NCBI GenBank assembly: GCA_021404905.1
Contig: QWHN01000001.1
Coordinates: 130,162-194,161, forward strand
Reading direction: 5' to 3'
Length of the DNA: 64,000 nt
DNA from: Candidatus Saccharibacteria bacterium CPR2
Lineage (GTDB): Bacteria > Patescibacteriota > Saccharimonadia > Saccharimonadales > QWHN01
Under the pieces are notes generated by a model that was not told the origin of the DNA, did no database searches, and was given only the letters and a program-made list of their open reading frames with translations. How positions within the stretch are numbered: the stretch's first letter is position 1; every line of letters begins with the position of its first letter. This document shows positions 9,081-18,890 of the stretch, one piece after another. The translations under genes and the position numbers were made by a program.

Positions 9081-10793
9081 TTAAAATCGTTTTCTCATAT
9101 GTTTTTTTGACCACTGCCAGTTAGAATCAGTCTTTTTGTGCGGATTAAATATATTCTGCGGATCAAAGACTGTTTTTACCTCCCTGAAAATCTTGACTAT
9201 CTTAGGGCTATAAATACGATCCAAAAATGGACTCCTTATCAGCCCGTCGTTGTGCTCTCCTGAAATTACACCATTATACTTTTTTACCAAATCAATAACT
9301 TCATTCAAACAAGGTTCGATCTTTGCCCTTTCTTTTGAATCGGCAAGATCCATAAGAGGAATTATGTGAAAATTACCATCACCTAAGTGCCCGGCAATGG
9401 TATAAAGAAGTTCATAACTATCCATAATTTTTTTTAATTTAGGCCAAAATTCCGCTAGATTTTCCGGTGGCACCACCAAATCATCTATAAATGGAGCTGT
9501 ATGTTTGTCTTTTACGTTATCGCGCAATAATTTAAAGCTTTTGCGTCTCATCATCCAGAATCGTTCGCTTTTTTCTTCATTTTCCGCTTCCTCCAAAGTT
9601 ATGCGCCAGTGTTTGATTTTTATATCTTTTCTTAAAGAGTCTATTTTGTGTTTAATATCGTCGTAGCTATTGCTATCAAAACTTGCTAAGAATATCATTC
9701 TGGGTATGCCGCGAAGTAAAATTAACGCGTCAGGTATAAGCCTTATAGCTAGTTTTGCAAGCCCAAGCCAACCAATGCCCTCACGAAATTGTAAAAAGAA
9801 TTTAAATGCGAATTTAAGCGTATACTCATCAAACGCTTCAACTGAAGTGGGGTTATGTCTCTTTAGAATTTGGATAATTTCCGCCATGTGGTCTAAATCT
9901 CTGGCATAACCAACTAAGACTCCCGAGTGTTTGGGCGCATCAACAAGTTTAAAATTAATCTCAGTTATCAAACCTAGAGTCCCTTGCGATCCAACAAAGA
10001 TTTGTGTTAGGTCAAAAATACCTTTATCTCTATCCCAAACATCCCAAATTTTATATCCAGTAGAGTTTTTCGAAACATTTGGTTTTGCTTTCTTAATTTC
10101 GTCGTAGTGGTTTTCTATTAACTGAAACGTTTTTTTATAGATTTGCCCCTCAAAATCTTTTTGCGCCATCTTTTTAGACAGTTCTTTTCTACTTAGAGGT
10201 TTAATTTCATATTCATTGCCATCGGCAAGCACTACTTTTAAGCTTTTGATGTAACTTTCTACTTTTCCATAAATTAGCGACTTTTCTCCGCCCGCATTAT
10301 TTGCCACCATACCCCCAACGGCACATAAATCTCTTGAAGCAGGATAGGCTGGCATTAACTTTCTTTTCCTGAGAGTTTTTTTCTCAAAGTCTCTATAATA
10401 AGCCCCTGGGCGAACTTTTATGCTATTACCGTTAACCTCGCCAATCTCATTAAAATATTTTTCAAAAACTAATATCAATGAGTCATTAATGGCACCGCCA
10501 GACATATCCGTGCCTGCGCTTCTTGGTGTTATTGAAAGACTGGGGTGGCTTTTTTTGTTTTCGGAAACGAACTTTACAAGTTTTTTAACATCCTCAACGT
10601 TTTTCGGAAATATTACTGCCTGGGGTAAAACCTCAAATAAGCTTGTATCGTGAGAAAAGTTATATAAAGTATTCTCGTCGGTATAAATATCTCCGTTAAT
10701 TTTAGAACTCATTGTTATAAAACTCTTGGTTAACCCAACTTCATTATTTATTTTTGCAAAACTTAAGCACAATGAAACTATATAAGATTGCAC
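9081..10793 (-). CDS. FAD-binding oxidoreductase (GlcD / D-lactate dehydrogenase-like FAD-linked oxidase)
   Basis: FAD_binding_4-like ITPRSAGTDMSGGAI and NAGGEKS motifs, plus a C-terminal FAD-oxidase_C-like ISGEHNDGLIR. The start is more likely Met-28 (MSSKING, about 10712). Confidence 0.85.
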   Translation of the reverse strand: MQSYIVSLCLSFAKINNEVGLTKSFITMSSKINGDIYTDENTLYNFSHDTSLFEVLPQAVIFPKNVEDVKKLVKFVSENKKSHPSLSITPRSAGTDMSGGAINDSLILVFEKYFNEIGEVNGNSIKVRPGAYYRDFEKKTLRKRKLMPAYPASRDLCAVGGMVANNAGGEKSLIYGKVESYIKSLKVVLADGNEYEIKPLSRKELSKKMAQKDFEGQIYKKTFQLIENHYDEIKKAKPNVSKNSTGYKIWDVWDRDKGIFDLTQIFVGSQGTLGLITEINFKLVDAPKHSGVLVGYARDLDHMAEIIQILKRHNPTSVEAFDEYTLKFAFKFFLQFREGIGWLGLAKLAIRLIPDALILLRGIPRMIFLASFDSNSYDDIKHKIDSLRKDIKIKHWRITLEEAENEEKSERFWMMRRKSFKLLRDNVKDKHTAPFIDDLVVPPENLAEFWPKLKKIMDSYELLYTIAGHLGDGNFHIIPLMDLADSKERAKIEPCLNEVIDLVKKYNGVISGEHNDGLIRSPFLDRIYSPKIVKIFREVKTVFDPQNIFNPHKKTDSNWQWSKKHMRKRF

Positions 10794-10826
10794 TTAATAA
10801 ATCCACATTGTCAACTTAGAACAATT

Positions 10827-11846
10827 TCAGAAAGGCAGTTGAATGACCGGTTGCCACGCTGGATCTGTTTCAGAATAATTCGGATCGTTGGTAAGAAACT
10901 GCATATTCTGACCATTTGCGTCCGCTATGGCTATATCCAGTTGAGCTGTGGAATTTGCTCTCCAGCCAAAAATAACTTTCATCCCGTCAGGCGACCCAGA
11001 CGGTGTGCGAATATGTCCGGTTGTCGGAACCTGCACTCCGTTGTTAACCGCGCCGTCTGGATCAAGCCTATACATCTTTTGATTACTGCCTTCGCGATAC
11101 AAAACTTTTCCAGATACCTCAACTGAAGGCGTGCCTTGATACTTACTGAGGTTAGTAAGTTGTTTTAGGTTTGAAGCTTTTTCGTTTTGCTGGCTGTAAT
11201 CAATTTTATATCTGAAAATATCAAAATTTCCATTTCTGTTTGAAGCAAATACAACATATTGGCCGTCTGGCGTAAAGCTTGCGCAACAATCTTCATAGTA
11301 TTTACCCGAGCCCTTCTTACCTGCGACATATTGAGGACTCGAGCCATCAGAATTCATAACCCAAATATCCAGGTTATTACTTCCTTTTCTCTGATTATAG
11401 ACAATCTTCGTCCCGTCAGGAGAGAACACTGGCCAACGCTCATTGCCTCCATTATCGAGAGCATCAGTTAAGTTTGTAGTTTCGCCGGTTGTTAAATCTT
11501 TAACCCATATATCAAAAGTGCCTGCAACGTTAGAAGCCCACACAATTTTGTTACCATCCGGAGAAAAACTTGGGCTAATATCTGCCTTATTGTTTGGAGC
11601 ATTTACCATTGTCGGAACCGCACCTAATGTTGGTTCTTGGATGAAAACATCAGTTGTGTTTTCCTCCGCGCTCCCACCGTCAAAAATTCCATTTTTGTTA
11701 CTATCAATTCCTTTTGTGTAGGCGATTTTTCCATTTGTAATTGCAGACTCAGCATGTGATTTGGAGCTTTCAAAGTTAAACGCATTAAAAACTAACAAAC
11801 TCATAACTGCCATTAAGACAGCCAAACTCACGAACAGATTCTTCAT
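10827..11846 (-). CDS. Secreted PD40/TolB-like beta-propeller repeat protein
   Basis: N-terminal signal-like helix. Repeated SPSFSPDGNKIVW, WPVFSPDGTKIVY, ASFTPDGQYVVF and SGSPDGMKVIF motifs (WD40-like PD40 repeats). Confidence 0.8.
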   Translation of the reverse strand: MKNLFVSLAVLMAVMSLLVFNAFNFESSKSHAESAITNGKIAYTKGIDSNKNGIFDGGSAEENTTDVFIQEPTLGAVPTMVNAPNNKADISPSFSPDGNKIVWASNVAGTFDIWVKDLTTGETTNLTDALDNGGNERWPVFSPDGTKIVYNQRKGSNNLDIWVMNSDGSSPQYVAGKKGSGKYYEDCCASFTPDGQYVVFASNRNGNFDIFRYKIDYSQQNEKASNLKQLTNLSKYQGTPSVEVSGKVLYREGSNQKMYRLDPDGAVNNGVQVPTTGHIRTPSGSPDGMKVIFGWRANSTAQLDIAIADANGQNMQFLTNDPNYSETDPAWQPVIQLPF

Positions 11847-11925
11847 ACGATTACCCCAAATATTTTAATTCAGTATAATAATATAACTATTAATGACTCT
11901 GGTCAATTTTATGCTAAAGATATTT

Positions 11926-12465
11926 CTAGCTGACAGTGGGTTGGGGTGGTTTAGGAGCCTGGGGAGTCTGAGGTGTATTTGTCATGTTAGAATTTATGGG
12001 AGGTTGATCACCAGATTGTGTTCCAAGTTGATATTTAGCATTTCCAAATCCCAAAATTGCATATCCAATAAAGCTAAATATTGTTAAACCTAAAATACCA
12101 AACACCTCACTTTTACCAAATGCTTTTGCAATATCTATAGAAACTAGGACTATCGCTACCAAATTAACTAATGGGATAAACATCAATAAGAACCAAAGAA
12201 TATCTCTCCCTGATATTTTTACAAGAATATACTGATTATAAATAGGGATAATTGCAGCCCAACCAGGCTGGCCAGCCTTCTCAAATACTTTCCACATTGC
12301 TATAACAGCTACAATGCCGACAGCAAGCCAAAAAAACAGCCAAATACCACTAAAGATTAGTATCCCTCCAATTACGCTATCATCCACACTAACATCACTG
12401 GTGTCCACTCTATATGATGTGTTTGTGTTGACTTGCGCTACCCAATTTAATAATGACATATTCAA
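11926..12465 (-). CDS. Membrane protein (DUF5684-like)
   Basis: 179 aa. PGWAAIIPIYNQYILVKISGRDILWFLLMFIPLVNLV is typical of that family (from memory). Pro/Gln-rich C-terminal tail. Confidence 0.55.
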   Translation of the reverse strand: MNMSLLNWVAQVNTNTSYRVDTSDVSVDDSVIGGILIFSGIWLFFWLAVGIVAVIAMWKVFEKAGQPGWAAIIPIYNQYILVKISGRDILWFLLMFIPLVNLVAIVLVSIDIAKAFGKSEVFGILGLTIFSFIGYAILGFGNAKYQLGTQSGDQPPINSNMTNTPQTPQAPKPPQPTVS

Positions 12466-12540
12466 ACTCCATTAATGCTGTAATTATAACATTATGCTTA
12501 AGGTTTGAATAACCTGTACTTCTATCGTCAAAATTTCACC

Positions 12541-12600
12541 GTTAATCTTTACTGATTCCTAGTTGCTATTTTCTAGTTGCCAATTCCCAGTTCCCGTACC
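12541..12600. repeat. Solo block of the dispersed 7-8-nt word repeat (reverse orientation)
   Basis: The reverse complement of ctgattcctagttgctattttctagttgccaattcccagttcc reads GGAACTGG GAATTGG CAACTAG AAAATAG CAACTAG GAATCAG. The same word family occurs at 59.7-60.0 kb and 63.1/63.6 kb. Confidence 0.6.
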
Positions 12601-12605
12601 GGGCT

Positions 12606-13235
12606 TCAACTAACCGAACTAATTGCCCACGCCAGAAATAAAATCATGCCAGCGATTGCGGATACATCAACGACAACATTCTTCCATTTCGGCAAAAGCT
12701 CAGGATCATGATGCTTTTGATCTATAATCTCATACACCCATAGCCCCGCCAAAGCAAAAATCCCCAGATAAATAACTCCTGCCAGCCAACTTTTAGATAG
12801 AAACAGTATTGATAACGCCATAATCACAATTATTGACTCGAGCGTAATGGCGCTATAAAGACTCAATTTTTGGCTATGAAACAGCCCTAAGTTTTGATCA
12901 AAATCATAATCGGGTTCGTGAACTCCCGGAAGCTCGGAGCGAATTTTAATAGCAATTTTCGACACTAGATGCCCGCCGTTTTCTTTTATTACTTGCATTG
13001 CGTCCTCAATAAATTCGCTTGCTAAAACTTGGTCGCCTCGAGCTTCATGCAAAATTGCCTGGAATTCATACAAGCAAGACTTTTTCGCCGAAGACACCCT
13101 ATGTTTGTTGTGGCTTGCAAATCCATCCAGCCAGGTTTGGTAATCCCTGATTTGTTGCGCGCTAATATCACGACCCATAAATTTAGAGTCAAATTCAATT
13201 AGTTTATCTTCGAGTTGATTATCAACTTCTTTCAT
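12606..13235 (-). CDS. Hypothetical membrane protein (soluble N-terminal domain plus about 3 C-terminal TM helices)
   Basis: 209-aa ORF in the same direction as its neighbours, with hydrophobic C-terminal helices. Confidence 0.55.
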   Translation of the reverse strand: MKEVDNQLEDKLIEFDSKFMGRDISAQQIRDYQTWLDGFASHNKHRVSSAKKSCLYEFQAILHEARGDQVLASEFIEDAMQVIKENGGHLVSKIAIKIRSELPGVHEPDYDFDQNLGLFHSQKLSLYSAITLESIIVIMALSILFLSKSWLAGVIYLGIFALAGLWVYEIIDQKHHDPELLPKWKNVVVDVSAIAGMILFLAWAISSVS

Positions 13236-13330
13236 AGAACTTATGTTTATATTAACATGGTGAACGTTGGAAATTTACGCGATCCTCCATTAAGAAATTT
13301 TTTTGCGCGTAGATATAACTCATTTTCAAT

Positions 13331-13663
13331 TTATTTGTTCAACCTAGCCGCAATTGCCATTTGCATAAAATAATTTTCTAACATCTTACTGTCTTCATTA
13401 TTAAACTCCTCCCCATAAATGTTTTGCAAAAATTGATCTTTTGCTCTGAGTATTTCCTTAACTCGATAGGGTTTTGTGGTTATTAAAACACTGACTGTCG
13501 CATCAAATAAATCTAAAGCTCTGCCAACCGCATAATTACAACTTTCTTCATCGCTTAGGCGCTTAGCCTTAAAAGCTCTGCCAACTTCACTGCCAATATT
13601 ACCCATTTGCTCAAATATACTCATCTTGGACCAGCGTTTTATATCAACGTTATACCCACTCAT
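13331..13663 (-). CDS. Hypothetical small alpha-helical protein
   Basis: 110-aa ORF. Its start overlaps the stop of the upstream gene by 4 nt (13660-13663), which indicates translational coupling. Confidence 0.5.
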   Translation of the reverse strand: MSGYNVDIKRWSKMSIFEQMGNIGSEVGRAFKAKRLSDEESCNYAVGRALDLFDATVSVLITTKPYRVKEILRAKDQFLQNIYGEEFNNEDSKMLENYFMQMAIAARLNK

Positions 13664-14001
13664 GCTGTAACAATTTCGTTTACAATATTAGTAATTTTTT
13701 TTCTGATTGATTCATCTTCAACGTCTCGTGACATATTTTGTTGTCGAGGACGAATATTTATCATTGAATCAAATTCGATAAAATCACCTTGGCCAAATTT
13801 ACTTGGGTATAGGTTTATTCCCCAGAGATCTTGTTGTTTTGAACCTCTTTCCAATAAGTATTGTTCTTCATCAACATGCAATTCAGCGTCAACTACGAAT
13901 GCTTTACTATTCACATCTACTACAGCTTTAACGAGATTTCCATACATTTTCTCTGCCATAACTGATAGTTCTTTAACGCTAATCGAATTTACTTGTTTCA
14001 C
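13660..14001 (-). CDS. DUF5674-like protein
   Basis: 113 aa. LVKAVVDVNSKAFVVDAELHVDEEQYLLERGSKQQDLWGINLYP resembles the DUF5674 pattern (from memory). Confidence 0.5.
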   Translation of the reverse strand: MKQVNSISVKELSVMAEKMYGNLVKAVVDVNSKAFVVDAELHVDEEQYLLERGSKQQDLWGINLYPSKFGQGDFIEFDSMINIRPRQQNMSRDVEDESIRKKITNIVNEIVTA

Positions 14002-14093
14002 AATATGATTTTATCACCACTACTGGCATGGTGAAATAATCGTTCCGCGTAAATGAAAGCTTTGAGGAACACTAAGACAAAACTATACTAAAA

Positions 14094-16127
14094 ATGGAGT
14101 TTAATATGCATAAGAACCACGAACACCGCCATATTCAAAAAGAACATGACAAACATGCTGGCCACTCGGTCGCTATGTTTCGCAGTAAATTTTGGGTTAG
14201 CCTTGTCCTAACCATCCCAATTCTTATCTATTCACCCAGTATTCAAGAATGGCTTAACTTTAACCCTGTAAATTTTCCAGGAGCCAATTATGTCCCCTTT
14301 ATTTTAAGTACTCTTATATTCTTTTATGGCGGTCTGGTGTTTCTTAAAGGCGCTGTAGCTGAGATAAAAGTACGGCTGCCTGGCATGATGACACTTATTG
14401 GCATGGCTATTACAGTTGCCTTTGTTTACAGCACTTTTGTGCAATTTGGTTTGGCAGGAGAGCCATTCTTTTGGGAGCTGGCAACGCTAATTACGATCAT
14501 GTTGCTTGGCCATTGGCTGGAAATGGTTTCAGTAAGTAAATCCGAAAATGCTCTTGAAGCTATATCAAAACTCTTGCCAGATAAAGCTGAGAAGCTGGTA
14601 AACGGCAAACCTCAGACTGTTTTGGTAAGCGATCTAAAAGTTGAAGATTTGGTTTTAATACGCCCAGGCGCAAACATTGCCGTTGATGGCGTTGTTGTTA
14701 ATGGAACGTCTTCAGTCAACGAAGCTGCTATTACTGGAGAATCCAAACCGGTTAATAAAACGGTTGGTGATGAAGTTGTAGCGGGAACTATAAATCAGGA
14801 CGGCTCATTAACGGTAAAAATAACCAAAATTGGCGAAGACACGGCTCTTGCGGGAATTAAACGGCTGGTCGCGGAGGCGCAAGTTTCAAAGTCTCATGTC
14901 CAAATTTTGGCAGATAAAGCTGCCCTTGTTTTAACCGTCATAGCTATAGTTGCTGGTTTAATTACCTTCATTGTATGGTTGGCTGTTAAAGATACCGGTT
15001 TTGCTCTGGAGCGTAGTGTAACAGTGCTTGTTATTGCCTGTCCTCACGCCCTTGGCTTGGCAGTTCCTTTAGTCGTATCTATCTCAACCTCTCTATCTGC
15101 TCGTAATGGTTTGCTAATACGAAGGCGATTGGCTTTAGAATCAGCCCGTAACCTTGATTGGGTGTTGTTTGATAAAACAGGCACTTTAACTCGCGGCGAA
15201 CATGGCGTAACCGATATTTGGCCGAGCAGCGGTTTTACGGAAAAAGACATTTTGCACATCTCAGCGAGTCTTGAGCAAAAGAGTGAACATATTATTGGCC
15301 GAGGAATTGTCATAGAAGCGCAAAAAAAGGGCATTGATTTAGATAAAGTTGAGAATTTTTCTGCTTTGCCAGGTTTAGGGGTTAAAGGCAGGTTGCACGG
15401 TAAAGATAATTTTGTAGCAGCTAGTTACCATTATGTTACTGAGAACAACTTAACTGTCCCTAAAAAAATTGAGCTTAACATCAAACAAGCAGCAAAAGCA
15501 GGCAAAACTGAAGTTTATATCGTAAAAGATAGGCAAGTTATAGGGGCTATTGCACTCGCTGACATTATTCGCAATGAATCGAAGCAAACTATATCAACAC
15601 TTAAGAAACTCGGCATAAAAACCGCTATGATAACTGGCGATTCAAAAGACGTTGCTAATTATGTTTCAAAACAACTGGGCTTGGATCATTATTTTGCTGA
15701 AGTTAAGCCAGAAGATAAAGCCGCCAAAGTTAAGGAATTGCAAGCAAGTGGTGAAAGTGTGGCCATGGTCGGAGATGGCATAAATGATGCTCCCGCTCTA
15801 ACACAAGCCGACATTGGCATTGCCATAGGCGCTGGAACTGATGTGGCTATTAAGTCGGCAGACATAATTTTAGTTAAAAGTGATCCTCGTGATGCGGTTA
15901 AGATTATTAAGTTATCCCAGGCTACCTACGGCAAAATGAAGCAAAATCTTATTTGGGCCACAAGTTATAACATATTCGCCATACCTCTCGCAGCAGGTGT
16001 ATTTTATAAATCAGGTATTATACTCGCGCCGGCTATGGGCGCGGTTTTGATGTCGGTTTCTACGATTATAGTAGCTCTAAATGCCCAGCTTCTTAGACGA
16101 TTAAGTTTACTTGAAATAAAAAATTGA
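14094..16127 (+). CDS. copB: Heavy-metal (copper) translocating P1B-type ATPase, CopB-like
   Basis: His-rich N-terminus HKNHEHRHIQKEHDKHAGH, TM CPH motif (VIACPHALGLAVP), DKTGTLT phosphorylation site, TGES, and the GDGINDAPAL hinge. Confidence 0.92.
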   Translation: MEFNMHKNHEHRHIQKEHDKHAGHSVAMFRSKFWVSLVLTIPILIYSPSIQEWLNFNPVNFPGANYVPFILSTLIFFYGGLVFLKGAVAEIKVRLPGMMTLIGMAITVAFVYSTFVQFGLAGEPFFWELATLITIMLLGHWLEMVSVSKSENALEAISKLLPDKAEKLVNGKPQTVLVSDLKVEDLVLIRPGANIAVDGVVVNGTSSVNEAAITGESKPVNKTVGDEVVAGTINQDGSLTVKITKIGEDTALAGIKRLVAEAQVSKSHVQILADKAALVLTVIAIVAGLITFIVWLAVKDTGFALERSVTVLVIACPHALGLAVPLVVSISTSLSARNGLLIRRRLALESARNLDWVLFDKTGTLTRGEHGVTDIWPSSGFTEKDILHISASLEQKSEHIIGRGIVIEAQKKGIDLDKVENFSALPGLGVKGRLHGKDNFVAASYHYVTENNLTVPKKIELNIKQAAKAGKTEVYIVKDRQVIGAIALADIIRNESKQTISTLKKLGIKTAMITGDSKDVANYVSKQLGLDHYFAEVKPEDKAAKVKELQASGESVAMVGDGINDAPALTQADIGIAIGAGTDVAIKSADIILVKSDPRDAVKIIKLSQATYGKMKQNLIWATSYNIFAIPLAAGVFYKSGIILAPAMGAVLMSVSTIIVALNAQLLRRLSLLEIKN

Positions 16128-16139
16128 ACTTTGCTATTG

Positions 16140-16265
16140 CTAAACAGCCCTATAAAAATTTTCTAAAAGTTTATAGACAACATAGGCAGCACACCATTCC
16201 TTCCAGTCATCCGCGCCACTAAGCTTCGCTTTTATCTCGAACCCAGGATCTTTTGCTTTTGTCAT
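16140..16265 (-). CDS. Possible 41-aa small protein
   Basis: MTKAKDPGFEIKAKLSGADDWKEWCAAYVVYKLLENFYRAV, preceded by a strong SD (AAGAGGAAGG, 6-nt spacer). The longer track ORF 16140..16424 would overlap the zinc-ribbon gene. Confidence 0.3.
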   Translation of the reverse strand: MTKAKDPGFEIKAKLSGADDWKEWCAAYVVYKLLENFYRAV

Positions 16266-16333
16266 AACATACCTTCCTCTTACTCCTCCATTTACTCCCT
16301 TGAGAGGTGTATAATTAAACACGTAAGGAGCTA

Positions 16334-16603
16334 ATGAATGTGACAAAGCAATGCCAAAGTTGCGGAATGCCACTTCAAACCAAAAAAGCTGGCGACTGTA
16401 GAGGTAACGAAGCAGATGGAACAAAAAGTGAGAAGTGGTGCAAGTTGTGCTACGAAAACGGTAGCTTCATTACGCCAAACTGCTCGCTTGATGAGATGAA
16501 AACAATAGTAGACAACGCGCTGAAAGAACAAGGCAGTGGCAGGTTAATGCGCTGGATGGCCCAGAAACAGCTTCCTCGACTTGAGCGATGGAAAGAAAAA
16601 TAA
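16334..16603 (+). CDS. Zinc-ribbon domain protein
   Basis: CQSCGMPL...(x)...WCKLCYENGSF is a two-CxxC-pair layout typical of the putative zinc-ribbon family. Confidence 0.7.
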   Translation: MNVTKQCQSCGMPLQTKKAGDCRGNEADGTKSEKWCKLCYENGSFITPNCSLDEMKTIVDNALKEQGSGRLMRWMAQKQLPRLERWKEK

Positions 16604-16646
16604 GTTAATCATTGAGTGGTTTAGTGGTTTCGCGTAACTATAAGTG

Positions 16647-16892
16647 TCACTTTTTGTATTTACGCAATCGGAAAAGCCCTTTAGATGGTTTGTAAACTTC
16701 ATCGGGAAATTTTTCTACGAGCTTCCAAACGCATCCGTTGACTGTTTTTGGGTGAAGGTTGGGGTCGGATTGCTTGATTTGCGTCAGGAGATCAGTCCAG
16801 CGAATTCCTTGCGGATTTTGTTCCAGCAACTCAAGCGCCTTTGCATTAATTCGCCCTGTAATTGTGGCAGTATTTATTCTTCTGTCTTTCAC
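16647..16892 (-). CDS. Small winged-helix DNA-binding-like protein (Mrr_N-like)
   Basis: 81 aa. ALELLEQNPQGIRWTDLLTQI...TVNGCVWKLVEKFPDEVYKPSKGLFRL resembles an N-terminal wHTH of restriction-system proteins. Confidence 0.5.
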   Translation of the reverse strand: MKDRRINTATITGRINAKALELLEQNPQGIRWTDLLTQIKQSDPNLHPKTVNGCVWKLVEKFPDEVYKPSKGLFRLRKYKK

Positions 16893-17068
16893 GCTATTAT
16901 CATACCCTAAATCGGATCCAGAAACTTTTTACCTTTACTTTAATCACAGCCAGGCTTACCACAACAGGTGATTGATCTAATAGAAAAAGCACTTTGACTC
17001 TTTAAATATTCTTGGAGAGCCTGACTCCCTGTACAGATCATGGATTAAAGTAAAAATTTAGACAACGA

Positions 17069-17887
17069 TTACTCACATATATCATCAATAATTTCTTGAT
17101 CCCCGTCCGAATTTGAATCGTATAGTGCTTGGTACACTTTTTGCTTATCTGAGCTATAAAGGTTATAAGGACAAGTAGCGTAACGATATTTGTCAGATGT
17201 TTTGACTATTGGATCGTCTTTGAATCTAGGGTTGGTTGTTAGAGATGTTTCCGGGCCTTTCAGATTTATGGCACCAAAATCAAAGCGAGCTTGGCCCTCT
17301 TGATTTGAATAGCCAACCAACTCACCGGCTTTGAGATCAAGTTTTTTAACTTCTACGCTTTGGGTGCCATTTTGTGGTTCAGCGGGAAAAGCTTCTTTAA
17401 TCTTTTCGGGTACGTCCACGATGTGATCAAGCCAAAAATTAACATCACAGCCATCATTAAAAGACAAAATATACTGAACTTTCGTTACCGGCTGTGGTCC
17501 CATGGTTTCCATGTAATTTGCTCCACCGCTCAGAGTAGCGTCCATGGGAGCATATACGGGAGATTTCTTGGACACCTCAATATATGAGTGAGTTTTTATA
17601 TTACTCCCACCAATAATTCTGATTGGGTTTTGTATCAATGTGACATTCGATAAATCAGTAACGTCACTGGTGAATAACCCAGCACTGGCAGGCTTGCAAC
17701 CAGTATCTGTTGATTTTTGGGAGTTATTATTTTGGATGTTATCCTGGGAGTCGTTGATTTGGACACTTTTTTGATCTTGGTTATTATTTTTGTAGTATAT
17801 CCGATAGCCGACGCCTGCAACCGCGGCGATAACAAGAATTATGATAATTAGCACCAAATGAGCGAAACCATGTTGATTCTTTCGCAT
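17069..17887 (-). CDS. Membrane-anchored extracytoplasmic protein, hypothetical
   Basis: 272 aa with an N-terminal anchor (HLVLIIIILVIAAVAGVGY) followed by an Asn/Gln-rich linker. LKAGELVGYS weakly recalls M23/LytM barrels, but no HxH motif is present. Confidence 0.6.
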   Translation of the reverse strand: MRKNQHGFAHLVLIIIILVIAAVAGVGYRIYYKNNNQDQKSVQINDSQDNIQNNNSQKSTDTGCKPASAGLFTSDVTDLSNVTLIQNPIRIIGGSNIKTHSYIEVSKKSPVYAPMDATLSGGANYMETMGPQPVTKVQYILSFNDGCDVNFWLDHIVDVPEKIKEAFPAEPQNGTQSVEVKKLDLKAGELVGYSNQEGQARFDFGAINLKGPETSLTTNPRFKDDPIVKTSDKYRYATCPYNLYSSDKQKVYQALYDSNSDGDQEIIDDICE

Positions 17888-17994
17888 AGTTTAAGCATAA
17901 GCGATAATGAGTATTGGTTCAATAAGTATGAAATAAATTCACTAATCCCTGCCCTAAATGCAACTTAATGGCAATGGCCACAAATGAACCTTCG

Positions 17995-18546
17995 CTATCC
18001 CTTATAGTTGTCAGGCTCTTCGTAATAATACGATTGTTCTATGCCTTTCATAAATACTTCGCGATCATCTATTTTGTCTGTTAATGCCGTACGTAGGAGC
18101 TCACGTAATTCAAGGTCGTTTACTGGGCTACGCTCCATAGCGTTAAAATAGTCATTCTTGTCAATTTTTTGCCAATCCACACATTGTTTTAGATTTTTCT
18201 TTAGAATTAAATCAAGCCAAATTCGTGTACTACGACCATTGCCCTCCATAAATGGGTGGGCAATATTCATCTCGACATACTTTTTGACGATTTCCTCAAA
18301 AGTTGTTTCAGGCATTTTCTCTATCTCAGACAAGCCTTTTCGTAAATAAATAGCAGATGCAAATGTAAAGCCACCTTTGCTAATGTTTTTTGAGCGAATT
18401 TTACCTGCGAACTTATATAATCCACCAAAAAGATATTTGTGAATTTGCTGTAAACCCTTTATTGTACCTACCTCAAAAGACGACAACTCTAGGCTACCAA
18501 AGAGTTTTATAGCTCGCTGTTTACTTATTTCGTCAATGTTTTGCAT
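17995..18546 (-). CDS. fic: Fic-family protein (AMPylase-type), probably class III with a C-terminal inhibitory helix
   Basis: Canonical Fic motif [12 protein letters not shown]. The C-terminal [10 protein letters not shown] fits the S-x-x-x-E inhibitory motif position. Confidence 0.9.
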   Translation of the reverse strand: MQNIDEISKQRAIKLFGSLELSSFEVGTIKGLQQIHKYLFGGLYKFAGKIRSKNISKGGFTFASAIYLRKGLSEIEKMPETTFEEIVKKYVEMNIAHPFMEGNGRSTRIWLDLILKKNLKQCVDWQKIDKNDYFNAMERSPVNDLELRELLRTALTDKIDDREVFMKGIEQSYYYEEPDNYKG

Positions 18547-18636
18547 GTCTATATTATAACAGAAAACGATAGAATTAACCCCTGTTAGATTGATCGATCA
18601 ATTCAGGAACCCAATCAGGTTTTTCACGACTCAATC

Positions 18637-18651
18637 TGGCTCCCGGGGCCG
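18637..18651 (-). repeat. Distal att core (displaced 3' end of tRNA-Asn)
   Basis: Exact 15-nt match to 28185-28199 in the same orientation. Identity stops on both sides. Confidence 0.8.
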
Positions 18652-18707
18652 AGACAAAGCACATCTTCAGCCGTGCTCAATGCAAGCATTGGCGCGCGGC
18701 TTTGATG

Positions 18708-18890
18708 ACCGAACCTCCGGTTCGATGTTCAGCTTCGCAGAACTTCAAAAGAAAAACCCAACCACAAGGGTCAGGCGTTTCTTTTGGCTCCCCCTACACT
18801 ACTCAATCAGCAACCTAACTTTGGAATACCAAGTGGATGGTGGCTACCTCAAAGATTTGACCAAACGGTTACGGGGCAGTACCATTTTAC
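18708..18890. repeat. Conserved non-coding left-end module, copy A (about 183 bp)
   Basis: Aligns with 19648-19830. The first 110 nt or so are near-identical (one 1-nt indel, one substitution); the rest is diverged. Contains the hairpins CGAACC-TCC-GGTTCG and CAAAAGAAA...TTTCTTTTG. Confidence 0.75.

Noticed and set aside
14014-14034. Inverted repeat TCACCA-(9 nt)-TGGTGA upstream of copB as a copper-responsive operator
   Set aside because: It does not match the CopY (TACAnnTGTA) or CsoR-type operators I know, and no metalloregulator gene is adjacent. It may equally belong to the divergent 13660..14001 gene.
16140-16531. Full-length track ORFs 16140..16424 and 16331..16531 (minus strand)
   Set aside because: They overlap the well-supported zinc-ribbon gene on the opposite strand. 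Only the distal 41 codons (16140..16265), which have their own strong SD, are plausible.
18760-18815. Minus-strand CTGATTGAG...GAAAC as a hammerhead ribozyme core
   Set aside because: The box reads CUGAUUGAG rather than CUGAUGAG. I could not draw helix II between it and the GAAAC, nor a helix I/III pair with a GUH cleavage site.
18786-18815. TGGCTCCCCCTACAC(T/C)ACTCAATCAGC as the 3' end of a second tRNA (another att core)
   Set aside because: No complementary T-stem or TTCGA-type loop follows the putative acceptor strand. The match to a tRNA end is limited to TGG plus a C-rich run.
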